A program made the translations under genes and the position numbers. Of a stretch of DNA of 64,000 nt, positions 39,687 to 50,408 are shown piece after piece. The stretch is from a virus (Duplodnaviria > Caudoviricetes). Below the pieces are notes generated by a model, which saw only the letters and a program-made list of their open reading frames with translations, made no database searches and was not told where the DNA came from. The first letter of the stretch is position 1. Every line of letters begins with the position of its first letter. Where the stretch lies: positions 128,001 to 192,000 of IMG/VR virus record IMGVR_UViG_3300010163_000002, one strand, 5' to 3'.

Positions 39687-40121
39687 ATGGAAAATGTAAA
39701 TTCTGATCTTTTAATGATGATCGTGGGAGTTATTATTGCAGCGGCTGCCGCAGTAGTAGGGCGATATGTAATCCCCAAGATTCCTAAAGACAAAGTTACA
39801 GAAGCAACTAATACTGTAAACATGGTTCTCGAATATGCTAGCAGCTTTTGCGCTTATGCTAAGCAGTTCATGCAGACTTCTACCGGTGAGGAGAAGATGG
39901 AATACGTTGTAGAGATGGTTACCGATGTCTGTGTCGCAAATGGAATTGACATCGATGAGAAACAATTGAGAGCTATTTGTCAGAGGGCCTATAATATTAT
40001 GAAAGCTGAATTGGCCAAAACAGAAACGCCGGTAGTTGGACTGCTTGATATTGCAGAACCTATTAAAGAATTTCCGCCGGTAGAAACTCAGACAGAGCCT
40101 GATACCAATGAACACGAATAA
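39687..40121 (+). CDS. phage holin, LL-H-like
   Basis: Single N-terminal TM, YVIP.I, A.Q...TGEEK.EYV...I.E.QLRAI. Confidence 0.65.
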   Translation: MENVNSDLLMMIVGVIIAAAAAVVGRYVIPKIPKDKVTEATNTVNMVLEYASSFCAYAKQFMQTSTGEEKMEYVVEMVTDVCVANGIDIDEKQLRAICQRAYNIMKAELAKTETPVVGLLDIAEPIKEFPPVETQTEPDTNEHE

Positions 40122-40212
40122 ATAAATTATACGGATAGGGTTAACTCCCTATCCGTATGAATTGTCGCCGAAAACATTTTGATAATAAACCAATATAAAG
40201 GAGGATCAATCT

Positions 40213-40929
40213 ATGAATTCTTTAAATACTCCTATGTCGTATCATAGGCTTAATAGACAGCCGTTAGATGATTCTGAAGTGTTTTCCTCACTTAAAGATT
40301 TGATGGATTATTGCGATAACATGGCAAGATATGATGGTCAAAGAGTTGTAGTTACAGCTAATAATTCCCATAATCTTCCGGCTATAGAATATGTTATAAA
40401 AAATAATATTCCCATCATATCTAATATGATGGGTTCAGAATTGATTTTTAGAGAAGATATTAATTTTTTTGGAGATTCTTCTGCCAATTCTGCAGGTTTG
40501 CTTATATATGAGAATAATGATAATGGATCGTGGAAACCTAATAGTACATACATTATGGAAGAAGGTCATTTGTGTCTTATCAGTCAGGCAGAAATATTTA
40601 GATCAAAAACAAAAAGTTATAAATTTTACCTTGAAAGAATCAAAAGGAATGGATTCTTAAATCCTGGAGAAACTACAAAATATTATTGTTCATGGGAACA
40701 GAATTTTAACCCATTTACAGCAACAGGTACATATCCTAAAGTGGGAACTTTATTGAATAATGGAATACATAGCCTATTTGTTATTCAAGGTAATGACTAT
40801 CTCGACGTAGATACTACAGGATTACGTTTGATGCCTCATACTGATTCTGAGTTAGAGTCGGAAAAAAATTGGATTACCAGAATATATATCAAAGCAGATG
40901 ATTACTATAAGGCATATAAAGGTAGATAA
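40213..40929 (+). CDS. late structural protein
   Basis: R....PLD...VF..L.....Y..Y.GQ.V.V motif; late promoter at 40173. Confidence 0.55.
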   Translation: MNSLNTPMSYHRLNRQPLDDSEVFSSLKDLMDYCDNMARYDGQRVVVTANNSHNLPAIEYVIKNNIPIISNMMGSELIFREDINFFGDSSANSAGLLIYENNDNGSWKPNSTYIMEEGHLCLISQAEIFRSKTKSYKFYLERIKRNGFLNPGETTKYYCSWEQNFNPFTATGTYPKVGTLLNNGIHSLFVIQGNDYLDVDTTGLRLMPHTDSELESEKNWITRIYIKADDYYKAYKGR

Positions 40930-40944
40930 TTATTAAGGAGGTGA

Positions 40945-41487
40945 ATGGTAATGGCTAAAACAACATATCTTGGGCCATATAGATTAAGACCGAGAGGTAA
41001 ATATGATGATACGGCTTCATATAGATTTCTTGATGTGGTATCATACGATGGTGGTTCATACATGTGTAGAAATTTAGATACCATAGACAGCACATCTTGC
41101 ATTGGGGTTGCTCCTAAAGGAGAGTCTAATTCAGAAGCATATTGGCAGTGCTTAGCAGAACGTGGAGAGCCAGGGCTAATCAGAGTAGAGTATCTGCCAA
41201 TTACTGAGCTTAAGGGTAATGTATGGGATTTTGATGTAACTGATAAAATATATGTTCCTGAGTATTTTACTCAGAAACTTGAGATTGTTAATGTTGAAGA
41301 GGGAGAATGCGGAGTTATTATTACAAGAAATAGAAGCCTTCAATTGCCAGACAATAGCAACTATTCAGTAGACTTCAATTATATTACTGCAAATTTGGCA
41401 ACGCAATATTATGTATATACTTTCATATATGCAAAAGTTGGTGGTTACGATACGTTCTTATGGAACAGGACGGTGATGCAGGGATGA
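40945..41487 (+). CDS. tail-fibre-associated protein
   Basis: RG.Y....Y...DVVSY.G.SY.C.....P.....YW..LAE.GE.G motif common in fibre proteins. Confidence 0.55.
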   Translation: MVMAKTTYLGPYRLRPRGKYDDTASYRFLDVVSYDGGSYMCRNLDTIDSTSCIGVAPKGESNSEAYWQCLAERGEPGLIRVEYLPITELKGNVWDFDVTDKIYVPEYFTQKLEIVNVEEGECGVIITRNRSLQLPDNSNYSVDFNYITANLATQYYVYTFIYAKVGGYDTFLWNRTVMQG

Positions 41488-42551
41488 TCATTTTAGATGA
41501 AAAGAAACCCATACCAATGAATCATATAATTCATTCTGTAAATCATATTCAATATGATAGAGGGTGTATTATAAGTAAATCTCACACATACGAAATCAAA
41601 AAACTTGAGTATGAACTCGGCAAAGTACAATATAACGTCAGAGCAGGTTTATATAGGATAGATATAGACGGCGTAGAATATATCATTGACGTTTTCTATA
41701 ACTTAACTGACGCTGATCATTTCATCATATATGATAAGTATAATATATTTATGGTTCGTGGAGATATTTATTATCCTGTAATACCATATAAAGTATTATC
41801 AACACAAAATAATCTTAAGCAATACAATATAACCAATAGTCTTAACGATAACGTAAGTATGATAATGATTGTTGGTAAAACAACTACATTGTTAGAACCA
41901 GCGTTAGACCACCCATGCCAAATTATAAGATTATCAAATTTTGATTTTTCTTCTAGTGGTACTGGAGTATCAACGCTGGAATTCGGATTTAAATATGGTC
42001 TTGGATGTATGCCTAATGGAGCTAAAGATTTATTTGTTCTTAATGCAGAACAATTAGAATGCCATGTTGTAATGAATACAAATAAAGAAATCTTATCAGG
42101 TGGATTAAATTGGCAGTTGCAAGAAGAATATGTTACTGACGATCATTACGTATTTTTTGCAAAATACGATAATATCGCAGATAATATTTATGGCACATCG
42201 TTAAGATGTACACATTTACCGACAATGGGGCTTGAAACTCTTCTTGATAAAAATACAAAAATAAATTGCATTTCAACCTCTGGACCAAGGCATGAGCATG
42301 GGTTATGGATTAAGCTTGCTAAATCTGTATTAAATATTCATGGAGATAAAAATATAAGCAATGAATTTTGTATGTGGGTTGCTAAAATGGCCTCTTCAAA
42401 TAATCCAATATATATTGAATATGAAATTAATGGAACAAAATATATTAATTTTACCATAGATGAGTATCATCTTAAAACATTTTATCCAAAAACATTCATA
42501 AAATCAAATAATGGATGCGAATTTTCTGTATTTTATAAAGGTCTATTTTAG
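41484..42551 (+). CDS. late structural hypothetical protein
   Basis: ATGA-coupled to the preceding gene in a late operon. Confidence 0.55.
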   Translation: MIILDEKKPIPMNHIIHSVNHIQYDRGCIISKSHTYEIKKLEYELGKVQYNVRAGLYRIDIDGVEYIIDVFYNLTDADHFIIYDKYNIFMVRGDIYYPVIPYKVLSTQNNLKQYNITNSLNDNVSMIMIVGKTTTLLEPALDHPCQIIRLSNFDFSSSGTGVSTLEFGFKYGLGCMPNGAKDLFVLNAEQLECHVVMNTNKEILSGGLNWQLQEEYVTDDHYVFFAKYDNIADNIYGTSLRCTHLPTMGLETLLDKNTKINCISTSGPRHEHGLWIKLAKSVLNIHGDKNISNEFCMWVAKMASSNNPIYIEYEINGTKYINFTIDEYHLKTFYPKTFIKSNNGCEFSVFYKGLF

Positions 42552-42564
42552 GAGGTGAGATATA

Positions 42565-43158
42565 GTGCATTGGAATAATGGCGAATTTCATAAACATCTT
42601 ACTGTGTATAATACACTGTTTATGACAGAACATAAGCATTACGGTATTAGAGGCTCAGAAACCTCCACAATATTTGGAGATGGTATTGTAGATACCGAAA
42701 TGTATGGAAATAAGATTAAGATAAAAAGTACTAATGGAGATATAGATATTGTATCTCCAAAAGATGTGAATGTAAGTGCGATAACTAATGCTATTACATG
42801 TAAAGATTTCAAAGTCGATGCAAATAATGGCGCTAGTATTAAAGCTAAAAATACTGTTGTTATTTCTTCTGACGGTACAGCTAATATTTATGCAGATAAA
42901 AAGCTTGAAATTATATCTAATACGGATACGATACGAATTGAAGCAAGTAAAGATGTTGGTATTAAATCTGTAAATGGTAATGCTGCTATCAATGCAAAAA
43001 ATAATGTTAGCATTACAAGCGGAAATAATATTGATCTTAATTGTACAAATTTAAATCTTAAACCATCAAGTAGATGTACTTTAAGTTCAGCAATGTATGG
43101 AACTTCTTTACCGGGAAGCGGAGTGCAAGGGCAAGTATTCTTTAAGCTTATCTCATGA
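42565..43158 (+). CDS. beta-helix repeat protein (spike/fibre-like)
   Basis: Regular 8-residue I.I.A/S repeats. Confidence 0.55.
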   Translation: MHWNNGEFHKHLTVYNTLFMTEHKHYGIRGSETSTIFGDGIVDTEMYGNKIKIKSTNGDIDIVSPKDVNVSAITNAITCKDFKVDANNGASIKAKNTVVISSDGTANIYADKKLEIISNTDTIRIEASKDVGIKSVNGNAAINAKNNVSITSGNNIDLNCTNLNLKPSSRCTLSSAMYGTSLPGSGVQGQVFFKLIS

Positions 43159-43187
43159 TATAAGATGGGTAAGGAGGTGAAGTAAGT

Positions 43188-45119
43188 ATGGGATTTTCAT
43201 ACACTGGTAGTCACTCATTTGATATTACAGAAACAAATTTAACGGTTGATGTTTGGCATGAACATCCATCTTTTAATTTGTCATTTTCTTTGGAGAACGT
43301 TACAGATAAAGTCGCTACATGGAAATATAATGGCGGATCTATAAGCGGTTCATCATTCTTTACAGGTACAATTACTTTTAGAGGAAATAAAAGTAGTTAT
43401 GTTGTTAATATCGCAAGGCCTGAAGGAAGTAGTGGAACTACGATTATACCTGGTGGTACTTTTAAGAGTACTTGGAGCGATAGCCCATCTGATTTTGTTG
43501 TTAGCTTGGATTGTAGCTTGTGTAATGATACGCTTGATATATCTATTATAGATAAACGCCATAGCCATAATAATAAAAAACCAACTTGTAAAATAGATGC
43601 TACATCAGGTACAACTATAACTGTTAGTGCTCATGACAGTGATGGTACATTAAAGGTTAGGGAAGGTACTAGCGGATCTGAAAAGGGTAATCCGCATACA
43701 TTTACTGGATATTCTCAAGGCAGTAACCATACATATTATGCTATTAGTAAGTGTTCTAATAGCGGTTGCAAAACTGATAAGAATAAAAAAGTATCAAACT
43801 CTGTATCAGGTAAAACATGGGCGATATCGTGCTATGAGCTTACAGCACAAAGAAAAACAAAACAGTTAACTTTTGAAGCTCACCAAACACCTGGAACATT
43901 GGGCAATGCAACTCAACCAGTTGTGTTCGAACTAATGGATGGGTCTGGTAATATAATAGCAACATCGCCAAATATTGCATGTACTGCTAATGGTTTTGCT
44001 AATTATACATTTACAGGATTATCCCCTGGTGTTAATTATGTTTGTAAAGCACATACCGTTGGAATATTAAATGCATCAGGTGTTCCTGACAATGTTGCTT
44101 CGAGTAATGGATCAACATCAGAATCATTTAAACCTGTAGCGCCGTCTGGAGATTATTCTGCCACAACATGGGTATATTATATCTCATGGGATGCCGGAGG
44201 TTCAGAAGATGTTACTTGCAGTTGGAGCTGCTCTAATGGCCAAGGAGGATCTTTATCTAATGGCGGAGGATATGCTTTTATGTCAGGATTAACTCCTGGC
44301 GCTACTTATAGTATATACTATACAATAACAGATAAAGAAGGAAACACTTCTTCTGGGTCTGGTTCAATTACTACTCATAAAGCATCATTTTATCAAGATT
44401 TTAGCAGTACAAAAATTATTCAATTTAGCTCGTATTCCAACCATGGCAGCGATTCTATGGAACAAAGCTGTGGAGGTGGATGGGAAGCAGTAGAACAGAA
44501 AGAATTATCTACTTATAATAATTTAGGAGACGGAAGAGGGTATACCATAAGGGCAAGAATTTATGGTTGCTATGCGTTTAATTCAAGTGGCGGAAGAACA
44601 AGTTATAATGATAGCGAAATATCAAAAACGGTATATACTCAATCACTATCTTTATCAGGATGGATTACTGAAGAGCATCAGCATTCTATAGTAACCGGAT
44701 GGCAGGCATATGCAGATGGTTCATCGAGAGATTACGACCCACTTGATGGAACAGCATTTAGTTTTACTTATATGGTAACAAAAGCAAGAAAAACATATCC
44801 ATATCAACGTTCTGAAGTTATTGCAGGACCTAATGGCAATACTACAGGAAGCTATTCATCTAAAAGAATATACTCCAATAATCTTACATGGTATTATTGT
44901 GAATATGAAATAACTGCTACTGTAACAGATGGTTACAATACTGCATCTGATACTGTAATTGGGCATACTACATTTCCATTTACTTGGGTATTTGATGGAG
45001 GAAGATGGCATAAAGCGATGCCGCATATTTATGCATCAGAAGCAGGTTCTTCTGGTTTTATACCCGCTGCAGGGTTTGTATATAGAGGGCAAGGCTTTAA
45101 TGAGCCTAATGGGGAGTAA
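43188..45119 (+). CDS. Ser/Thr/Gly-rich virion protein with FN3/Ig-like repeats
   Basis: YTFTGLSPGVNY, MSGLTPGATYSI, YNNL..G..YTIRAR. Confidence 0.7.
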   Translation: MGFSYTGSHSFDITETNLTVDVWHEHPSFNLSFSLENVTDKVATWKYNGGSISGSSFFTGTITFRGNKSSYVVNIARPEGSSGTTIIPGGTFKSTWSDSPSDFVVSLDCSLCNDTLDISIIDKRHSHNNKKPTCKIDATSGTTITVSAHDSDGTLKVREGTSGSEKGNPHTFTGYSQGSNHTYYAISKCSNSGCKTDKNKKVSNSVSGKTWAISCYELTAQRKTKQLTFEAHQTPGTLGNATQPVVFELMDGSGNIIATSPNIACTANGFANYTFTGLSPGVNYVCKAHTVGILNASGVPDNVASSNGSTSESFKPVAPSGDYSATTWVYYISWDAGGSEDVTCSWSCSNGQGGSLSNGGGYAFMSGLTPGATYSIYYTITDKEGNTSSGSGSITTHKASFYQDFSSTKIIQFSSYSNHGSDSMEQSCGGGWEAVEQKELSTYNNLGDGRGYTIRARIYGCYAFNSSGGRTSYNDSEISKTVYTQSLSLSGWITEEHQHSIVTGWQAYADGSSRDYDPLDGTAFSFTYMVTKARKTYPYQRSEVIAGPNGNTTGSYSSKRIYSNNLTWYYCEYEITATVTDGYNTASDTVIGHTTFPFTWVFDGGRWHKAMPHIYASEAGSSGFIPAAGFVYRGQGFNEPNGE

Positions 45120-45222
45120 AAATTAAAATACATCACAGGGGGTAATATACCTCCTGTGGTAATATTATCCAGCATGACGAAGATAAACATAAAATTAAAT
45201 GAACAAAAAATATTAAGGGGGT

Positions 45223-46017
45223 ATGAATGTCATGCTAACTTCTGACAATACAGTCTTACCGCTGATTATTATTCTGGTGCTTTTGATATTTGTTATGCTA
45301 ATTATACTGATTATTATGGTGACGAATTTCAAAAAATCGATTAGCTCGTTTAATGAGAATACTTTATCTGATTTCAGTAAGTATAAAAACGAGTTAATAG
45401 AACAGAATAACGTATTAGCAAAACAGCTATTAGAGCAACAGAAAAACTCAGAAATTAATAATGGAAAACATAAGGGCATAGGAAATAAATGCCTTGTTGA
45501 TACATTTGTACGAATAAGCGGAGCTATAAAAGAGAATTGCATATTGGCAATGAATGATATCAGCGCTGTAAGGCTGGCAATATATCTGTTTCATAATGGC
45601 ACGTCGTCTACTCATGGAATTAGTTTTTTGAAAATTTCATGTATTTGCGAAAAAGTGGCTATCGGAAGCGGTGTACGAGAGCGTATGATCGAGCATACAA
45701 ATATCCCTATAAATTTATTTGATGAAATGATAGGAAAAATGATTGTTAATGATAGATATATTATTATTAACAAAGAGGATGAAATTCAGAATAGCAATCA
45801 TAAAATGTTTATTTCGTCTGATAAAATTACATACGCTCAGCTTATTCCTATATATGATATAAACAATAACATGTTGGGGTTTGTTGAGGCTGAGATGGAA
45901 CATGTTTATTCTAAAGATGTTGCTGATAAAGAGAAGTCTAATCTTAATTTGTTAGTTAAACAATTAGTTCCAATTCTTTCATACTCTGAATACGCAACTA
46001 TTAATAGTCATGAATAG
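45223..46017 (+). CDS. single-TM protein with GAF-like domain (possible T4 T-like holin/lysis regulator)
   Basis: Long N-terminal TM; IYLFHNG...F.K.SC..E, PIYD....LGFV; late promoter at 45186. Confidence 0.5.
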   Translation: MNVMLTSDNTVLPLIIILVLLIFVMLIILIIMVTNFKKSISSFNENTLSDFSKYKNELIEQNNVLAKQLLEQQKNSEINNGKHKGIGNKCLVDTFVRISGAIKENCILAMNDISAVRLAIYLFHNGTSSTHGISFLKISCICEKVAIGSGVRERMIEHTNIPINLFDEMIGKMIVNDRYIIINKEDEIQNSNHKMFISSDKITYAQLIPIYDINNNMLGFVEAEMEHVYSKDVADKEKSNLNLLVKQLVPILSYSEYATINSHE

Positions 46018-46089
46018 CTTAATAGCCATGGAGCAATCCATGGCTATATTTTATTACTTTGACATTTGAATAAAATGGAGGTGACAGAT

Positions 46090-47316
46090 ATGTCTAATGT
46101 ATACAAATTATCATCGGCAAATGGCGAAGAATATTATATCCCGTCAATAGAATATATAAATGAATTATTAAAACTTCTTGAAGATGCTGTAATGACTCAT
46201 TCTCTTAATACGGCATTACATAATGGAGATCCGGATTTTAAAGGATTTCCAGAAATTAAAACAGATAAAGTAGGGCTTAATATACTTGAAAACATTCTTA
46301 CGAATAACATGATGATTCATGCTAGTGCTATTGAAACTGATGCTGCTCATATGTTCATAACAAGAACATTATTAGATACATTGATTGCAAAACCAACATC
46401 GGCACAATTGGATGAACGTCTTAATGAATTAAAAATTAAATTAGAGCAAGAGCTTGATAATAACTATGTAAGAATTCTTAATACTCCAAATGCAATTAAT
46501 AAATTAAGAGATATTTCAATGATTCTTCAGGAGGAAGGTAATCTAGAAGCATTGCTTCAGGTTATGTCAGAAAAAGTTACTACAGAAGATCTTAAAAATC
46601 ATGAATTATCTAAATTCCATCTTAATGATAATGATCGTAAGGCGATTAATATTATATTGTCATTTATTAATGAAGGTTGCGCCGACTGGAATGCAACCCC
46701 AGACAAATACAATTATATAAGAAATAAACCAGAATCATTACCGGCAAATGGCGGTAACGCTGATACTGTAGCGAACCACGAAATAAAGGATGTAAGGAAT
46801 AAACACGGAGAAGACTTTGTTATTGGCGTTAACAACAATAATATATTTTACGATAAAGATTCATGCGATATTATGTATGAAAACACAGAGTCTCTTAAAG
46901 TAATAGACAATTATTCATTTGATTGCACTGCATTATTTAAACGTGGCACATATTTGATGCCGGATGTATATTTTAAAGGCCATCCTAAAATGATTAAGGG
47001 TATGAAACATCTTACGGTACTTAATAGCGGAAATGGCATCTTGAGCTTTGATAATATGGAAGTTAGGGATTTAACTATATCTGGCAAGGTAATTATATCA
47101 TCTAACACTATACTTGATAACGTTGTATTCAGTAATTGCGATATTACGCTATCTAATGCTGAAAACTGCGATATAAGGAATTGTGTATTTAGTAATTGTG
47201 AGTTTAAGCTTAATGGATCGTTTGTTCATAATGTAATAGCAATGAATAGATTCAATATGTGCAGTTATGTAAAATATATAGGATCTGACAATGTAATTTT
47301 TGGAAACGTATATTAA
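46090..47316 (+). CDS. virion protein with C-terminal right-handed beta-helix
   Basis: DWN......YI.NKP.SLPANGGNADTV fibre motif; N..FSNC repeats; ATG 46090 with GGAGGTG RBS. Confidence 0.6.
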   Translation: MSNVYKLSSANGEEYYIPSIEYINELLKLLEDAVMTHSLNTALHNGDPDFKGFPEIKTDKVGLNILENILTNNMMIHASAIETDAAHMFITRTLLDTLIAKPTSAQLDERLNELKIKLEQELDNNYVRILNTPNAINKLRDISMILQEEGNLEALLQVMSEKVTTEDLKNHELSKFHLNDNDRKAINIILSFINEGCADWNATPDKYNYIRNKPESLPANGGNADTVANHEIKDVRNKHGEDFVIGVNNNNIFYDKDSCDIMYENTESLKVIDNYSFDCTALFKRGTYLMPDVYFKGHPKMIKGMKHLTVLNSGNGILSFDNMEVRDLTISGKVIISSNTILDNVVFSNCDITLSNAENCDIRNCVFSNCEFKLNGSFVHNVIAMNRFNMCSYVKYIGSDNVIFGNVY

Positions 47317-47337
47317 ACTATAAAAATCCGATAGGGT

Positions 47338-48666
47338 TTACACCCTATCGGAATTCGTTTCGTTATATTCATTTATGAAACTTATAGTATCATTTACAAA
47401 TTTTCTATCTGTATATATTCCTATAATAGTTCTTTCATTTATTATACCTTCATCTATATGGGCAATCATTTTTCCCCAATCCATTTTGTATTCAAGTCTT
47501 TTACCGCCATTAAAGATAATAAAATTTAAAAATCTCATTGGACTAATTGCTATACGTTGCGTATAGTCTAATACTTTATCTATACCAGAGCCATAAAATA
47601 TATTCTTGAAATGTATATCGAGAGGTTTATTTAAATCTTCAGTATCAACTCCATATTCTGTAGTTGTTAAAAGGGCCCAATGATTTTCATCTTCATGCGG
47701 TACTCTAGTAACAATACCTGTCATGATAGATATATAATCAAAATTACTAGGAATATCTTTATTAAGAAATCTGTGTTCATCTTTTTGCGAGAAGTATGTA
47801 TAACAATACGGTGCTGTCATTTCCACTTCTAAAGGAAATTCAATATTATAGTTTGTGGTGATAGAATCAATTCTATCTCCGCTATCCATTGTTGGTAATT
47901 CACTTTTAATATGTACAACACAGTTAGGCACTTTAATAAAATATTCATCATTTCCTGTAGCGCATCTTAATTTGTACATGAATGGTATCAGGGAATGCGA
48001 GTTGAGATAATTCAATAATGATATAGGACTTTTGGGGTTTCCGTCTTGTTCAAGTTCAAATCCATTATCAAATGCAATCTGCTTTATAATATCTTTTGGC
48101 ACATGTACATCAACGTCAATATTTAATGTTTCGCTCCATCCAGCCCTATGTTTTAGTTTAATAAATTCCATCATATCAAGCTGCTGAGCTTTGGTATCTA
48201 CTCTCATTTTAAACAAAAAATTCATTTTTATTGTTTTAAATATAATCTGCAGAAATAATCCTTTATTATTTTCAATATCTTTAAAGAATATTCCTTCAAG
48301 ACGAGATCTTCTTAGTAACATAGGAATTTCAGGAGCGGAGTCAATCCAATCTCTATTATAAGAAAGGTCTATTTCCGGAACTAATGCTAATAATGGATTT
48401 GTTCTTTGTAATTTATCATTTATTGATGAGAATTTTCTAAATTCATCAAAACTATGAGTTCCATCCACATAAATAGAATTAAAGAATTTTTCCTTGAATT
48501 TAGACAAAAACCACTCTAATATAACTTCAGTGCATACTGAATATGATTGCTGCTGAGATGGTAATATGACACTGGTTCTCATTAATCTTGGTGTTTTTGC
48601 TTCAAATATATCTTGAGGCCTTAATGGTCTCAGACGATCTTTTTTTGTATTGCCTAAAGAGATCAT
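47338..48666 (-). CDS. virion structural protein (neck/tail-terminator-like)
   Basis: PLLAL.P.ID...MNF.FKMRV.T..QQLD pattern; late promoter at 48692-48703. Confidence 0.5.
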   Translation of the reverse strand: MISLGNTKKDRLRPLRPQDIFEAKTPRLMRTSVILPSQQQSYSVCTEVILEWFLSKFKEKFFNSIYVDGTHSFDEFRKFSSINDKLQRTNPLLALVPEIDLSYNRDWIDSAPEIPMLLRRSRLEGIFFKDIENNKGLFLQIIFKTIKMNFLFKMRVDTKAQQLDMMEFIKLKHRAGWSETLNIDVDVHVPKDIIKQIAFDNGFELEQDGNPKSPISLLNYLNSHSLIPFMYKLRCATGNDEYFIKVPNCVVHIKSELPTMDSGDRIDSITTNYNIEFPLEVEMTAPYCYTYFSQKDEHRFLNKDIPSNFDYISIMTGIVTRVPHEDENHWALLTTTEYGVDTEDLNKPLDIHFKNIFYGSGIDKVLDYTQRIAISPMRFLNFIIFNGGKRLEYKMDWGKMIAHIDEGIINERTIIGIYTDRKFVNDTISFINEYNETNSDRV

Positions 48667-48753
48667 ATTAAATCCCTCCTTTATTAACTATTATTCAGAT
48701 GTCAAGGTAAAAAAATAATATAGGGGCGAGTTTGCATCGCCCCTACATCATAT

Positions 48754-49302
48754 TTATTTTCCAAATAAGCCGCCAAAAATATCATTAAATTTATTAATTG
48801 TATCATAAGCAGCGTTTATTGAATCTTTTAAACGTTTTATTTCATCTACTGCTAATTCGTGGTGTGAGCGGGTATTATCTAGCTCTTCAGACTTACTTCC
48901 GACAGATATAGTATCTTTAAATGCGAATAGTTCGTCGTCATATAATAATAATATTGCACGAAGCTCTAATAATGCAAGAGCCTTTTTAATCCCAATTTCC
49001 ATACATTCTGATTTTACTTTATCCATCTTTTCTATATCTGCATAAATAGAGTCGGTGATACTAAATAACTCGTATTCATTTGTTATACAATCTGTACTAT
49101 AGGCTTCGATTGAATCAAGCTTTACCTGTGATTGTTCAACTAATACATTACAAAATAAAGTATGTATTAATGAATATCCTTCCCATACCTCTACGGCTTC
49201 ATTAATTGTAAACTTTTTCTTTATGCAATTTTCAATTATATCGCTTCCCATTTCCATTCCGGTATCCGCCAACATATTGGCAACTGCTAATGTTATTTTC
49301 AT
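48754..49302 (-). CDS. hypothetical protein (tandem paralog)
   Basis: MKITLAVANMLADTG aligns with 49307-49786; AGGAGG RBS. Confidence 0.7.
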   Translation of the reverse strand: MKITLAVANMLADTGMEMGSDIIENCIKKKFTINEAVEVWEGYSLIHTLFCNVLVEQSQVKLDSIEAYSTDCITNEYELFSITDSIYADIEKMDKVKSECMEIGIKKALALLELRAILLLYDDELFAFKDTISVGSKSEELDNTRSHHELAVDEIKRLKDSINAAYDTINKFNDIFGGLFGK

Positions 49303-49306
49303 ATTA

Positions 49307-49786
49307 TCATCCCTCCTTAAGAACTTTATAAATTGCATTATCGTCATTTAATTCTATGCATTCTTTTGCAATGCTAAAAGCGGTATTAATATTATTGCCA
49401 TTAAAGAACCGCATATTGCAAAATTGATGACATAATATCTTTATGCATATTAATGCGGTCATAATACCTATTTTAGTATATTTGGAATCATCGTGTAATG
49501 AGTTTTCTTTTTGAGCCCGATTATATATAGACTTTAGCAACTCAGTAAGATCGTCTTTTTTTGTTATAAATTGTGTATAAAATACTTCACAATCATCCCA
49601 TCCAAATTTCATCATATCATCGGTTATAAGTCTTCCATATATTTCGAAAGCCATTCTATACCCGATCCATGCATGTAAAATATTTTCACTTTTATACCCT
49701 TGAGACTTTACTTCTTGTACAAAATCACTGGTTTTTTCGACTCCTAAATCGAATATCCAGTTTGCCATTGCTTGTGTAACTTTCAT
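49307..49786 (-). CDS. hypothetical protein (tandem paralog)
   Basis: MKVTQAMANWIFDLG; TATATTAT motif upstream. Confidence 0.7.
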   Translation of the reverse strand: MKVTQAMANWIFDLGVEKTSDFVQEVKSQGYKSENILHAWIGYRMAFEIYGRLITDDMMKFGWDDCEVFYTQFITKKDDLTELLKSIYNRAQKENSLHDDSKYTKIGIMTALICIKILCHQFCNMRFFNGNNINTAFSIAKECIELNDDNAIYKVLKEG

Positions 49787-49886
49787 ACTATTTCCTCCTT
49801 GAGTATATATTAATTTCTATTATCATAATTATAATATATAAATGAAAAATATATTAGAGGGTGGAATTAACCACCCTCCGTTGTAA

Positions 49887-50381
49887 TCAATCCTCTTCAA
49901 ACTTAGGTGTTTTACATTTTGTACCCTTCTTCTTTTTACAAGGATATCCTTTATCCTTAAGTGACTTGGCTAACCTTGTGGCTTTACTAACCTTATCAAG
50001 CACCTTGTCTTTAACCTTAGCGTTCTCTTTCTCACACGCTTTGCCAATCATTTCTGATACCCCACACTCGCTTTCAATGAGGAGCCCCACGGATTTAGCC
50101 GGCAGATTGTTCGCAGATGCAACAGCATCAAGAGCTTCTGCAATACTCTTAACTCCGTTATCCCTCATAAATGGCGCTAAGAATGTAGCTTCAGTAAAGT
50201 ATTCTTCATTAATCTTAACTACAGGAACCATCTCTGCAGTTGCAATATACTCTTCAGAGACTTCTTCAATGCTGCTATAATCTGAACGCACTTCTGACTC
50301 TCTTACAATACCATCAGTTCCAGGAAGATCAATTGCAGCGCATTCTGCTAATACGCTAAAACTATCTTTAATATACGGCAT
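49887..50381 (-). CDS. hypothetical protein, possibly an internal head protein
   Basis: Acidic N-half and Lys-rich tail; AGGAGG RBS; in a late operon. Confidence 0.55.
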   Translation of the reverse strand: MPYIKDSFSVLAECAAIDLPGTDGIVRESEVRSDYSSIEEVSEEYIATAEMVPVVKINEEYFTEATFLAPFMRDNGVKSIAEALDAVASANNLPAKSVGLLIESECGVSEMIGKACEKENAKVKDKVLDKVSKATRLAKSLKDKGYPCKKKKGTKCKTPKFEED

Positions 50382-50408
50382 AGTTATAATACCTCCTTTA
50401 AATTTTAC

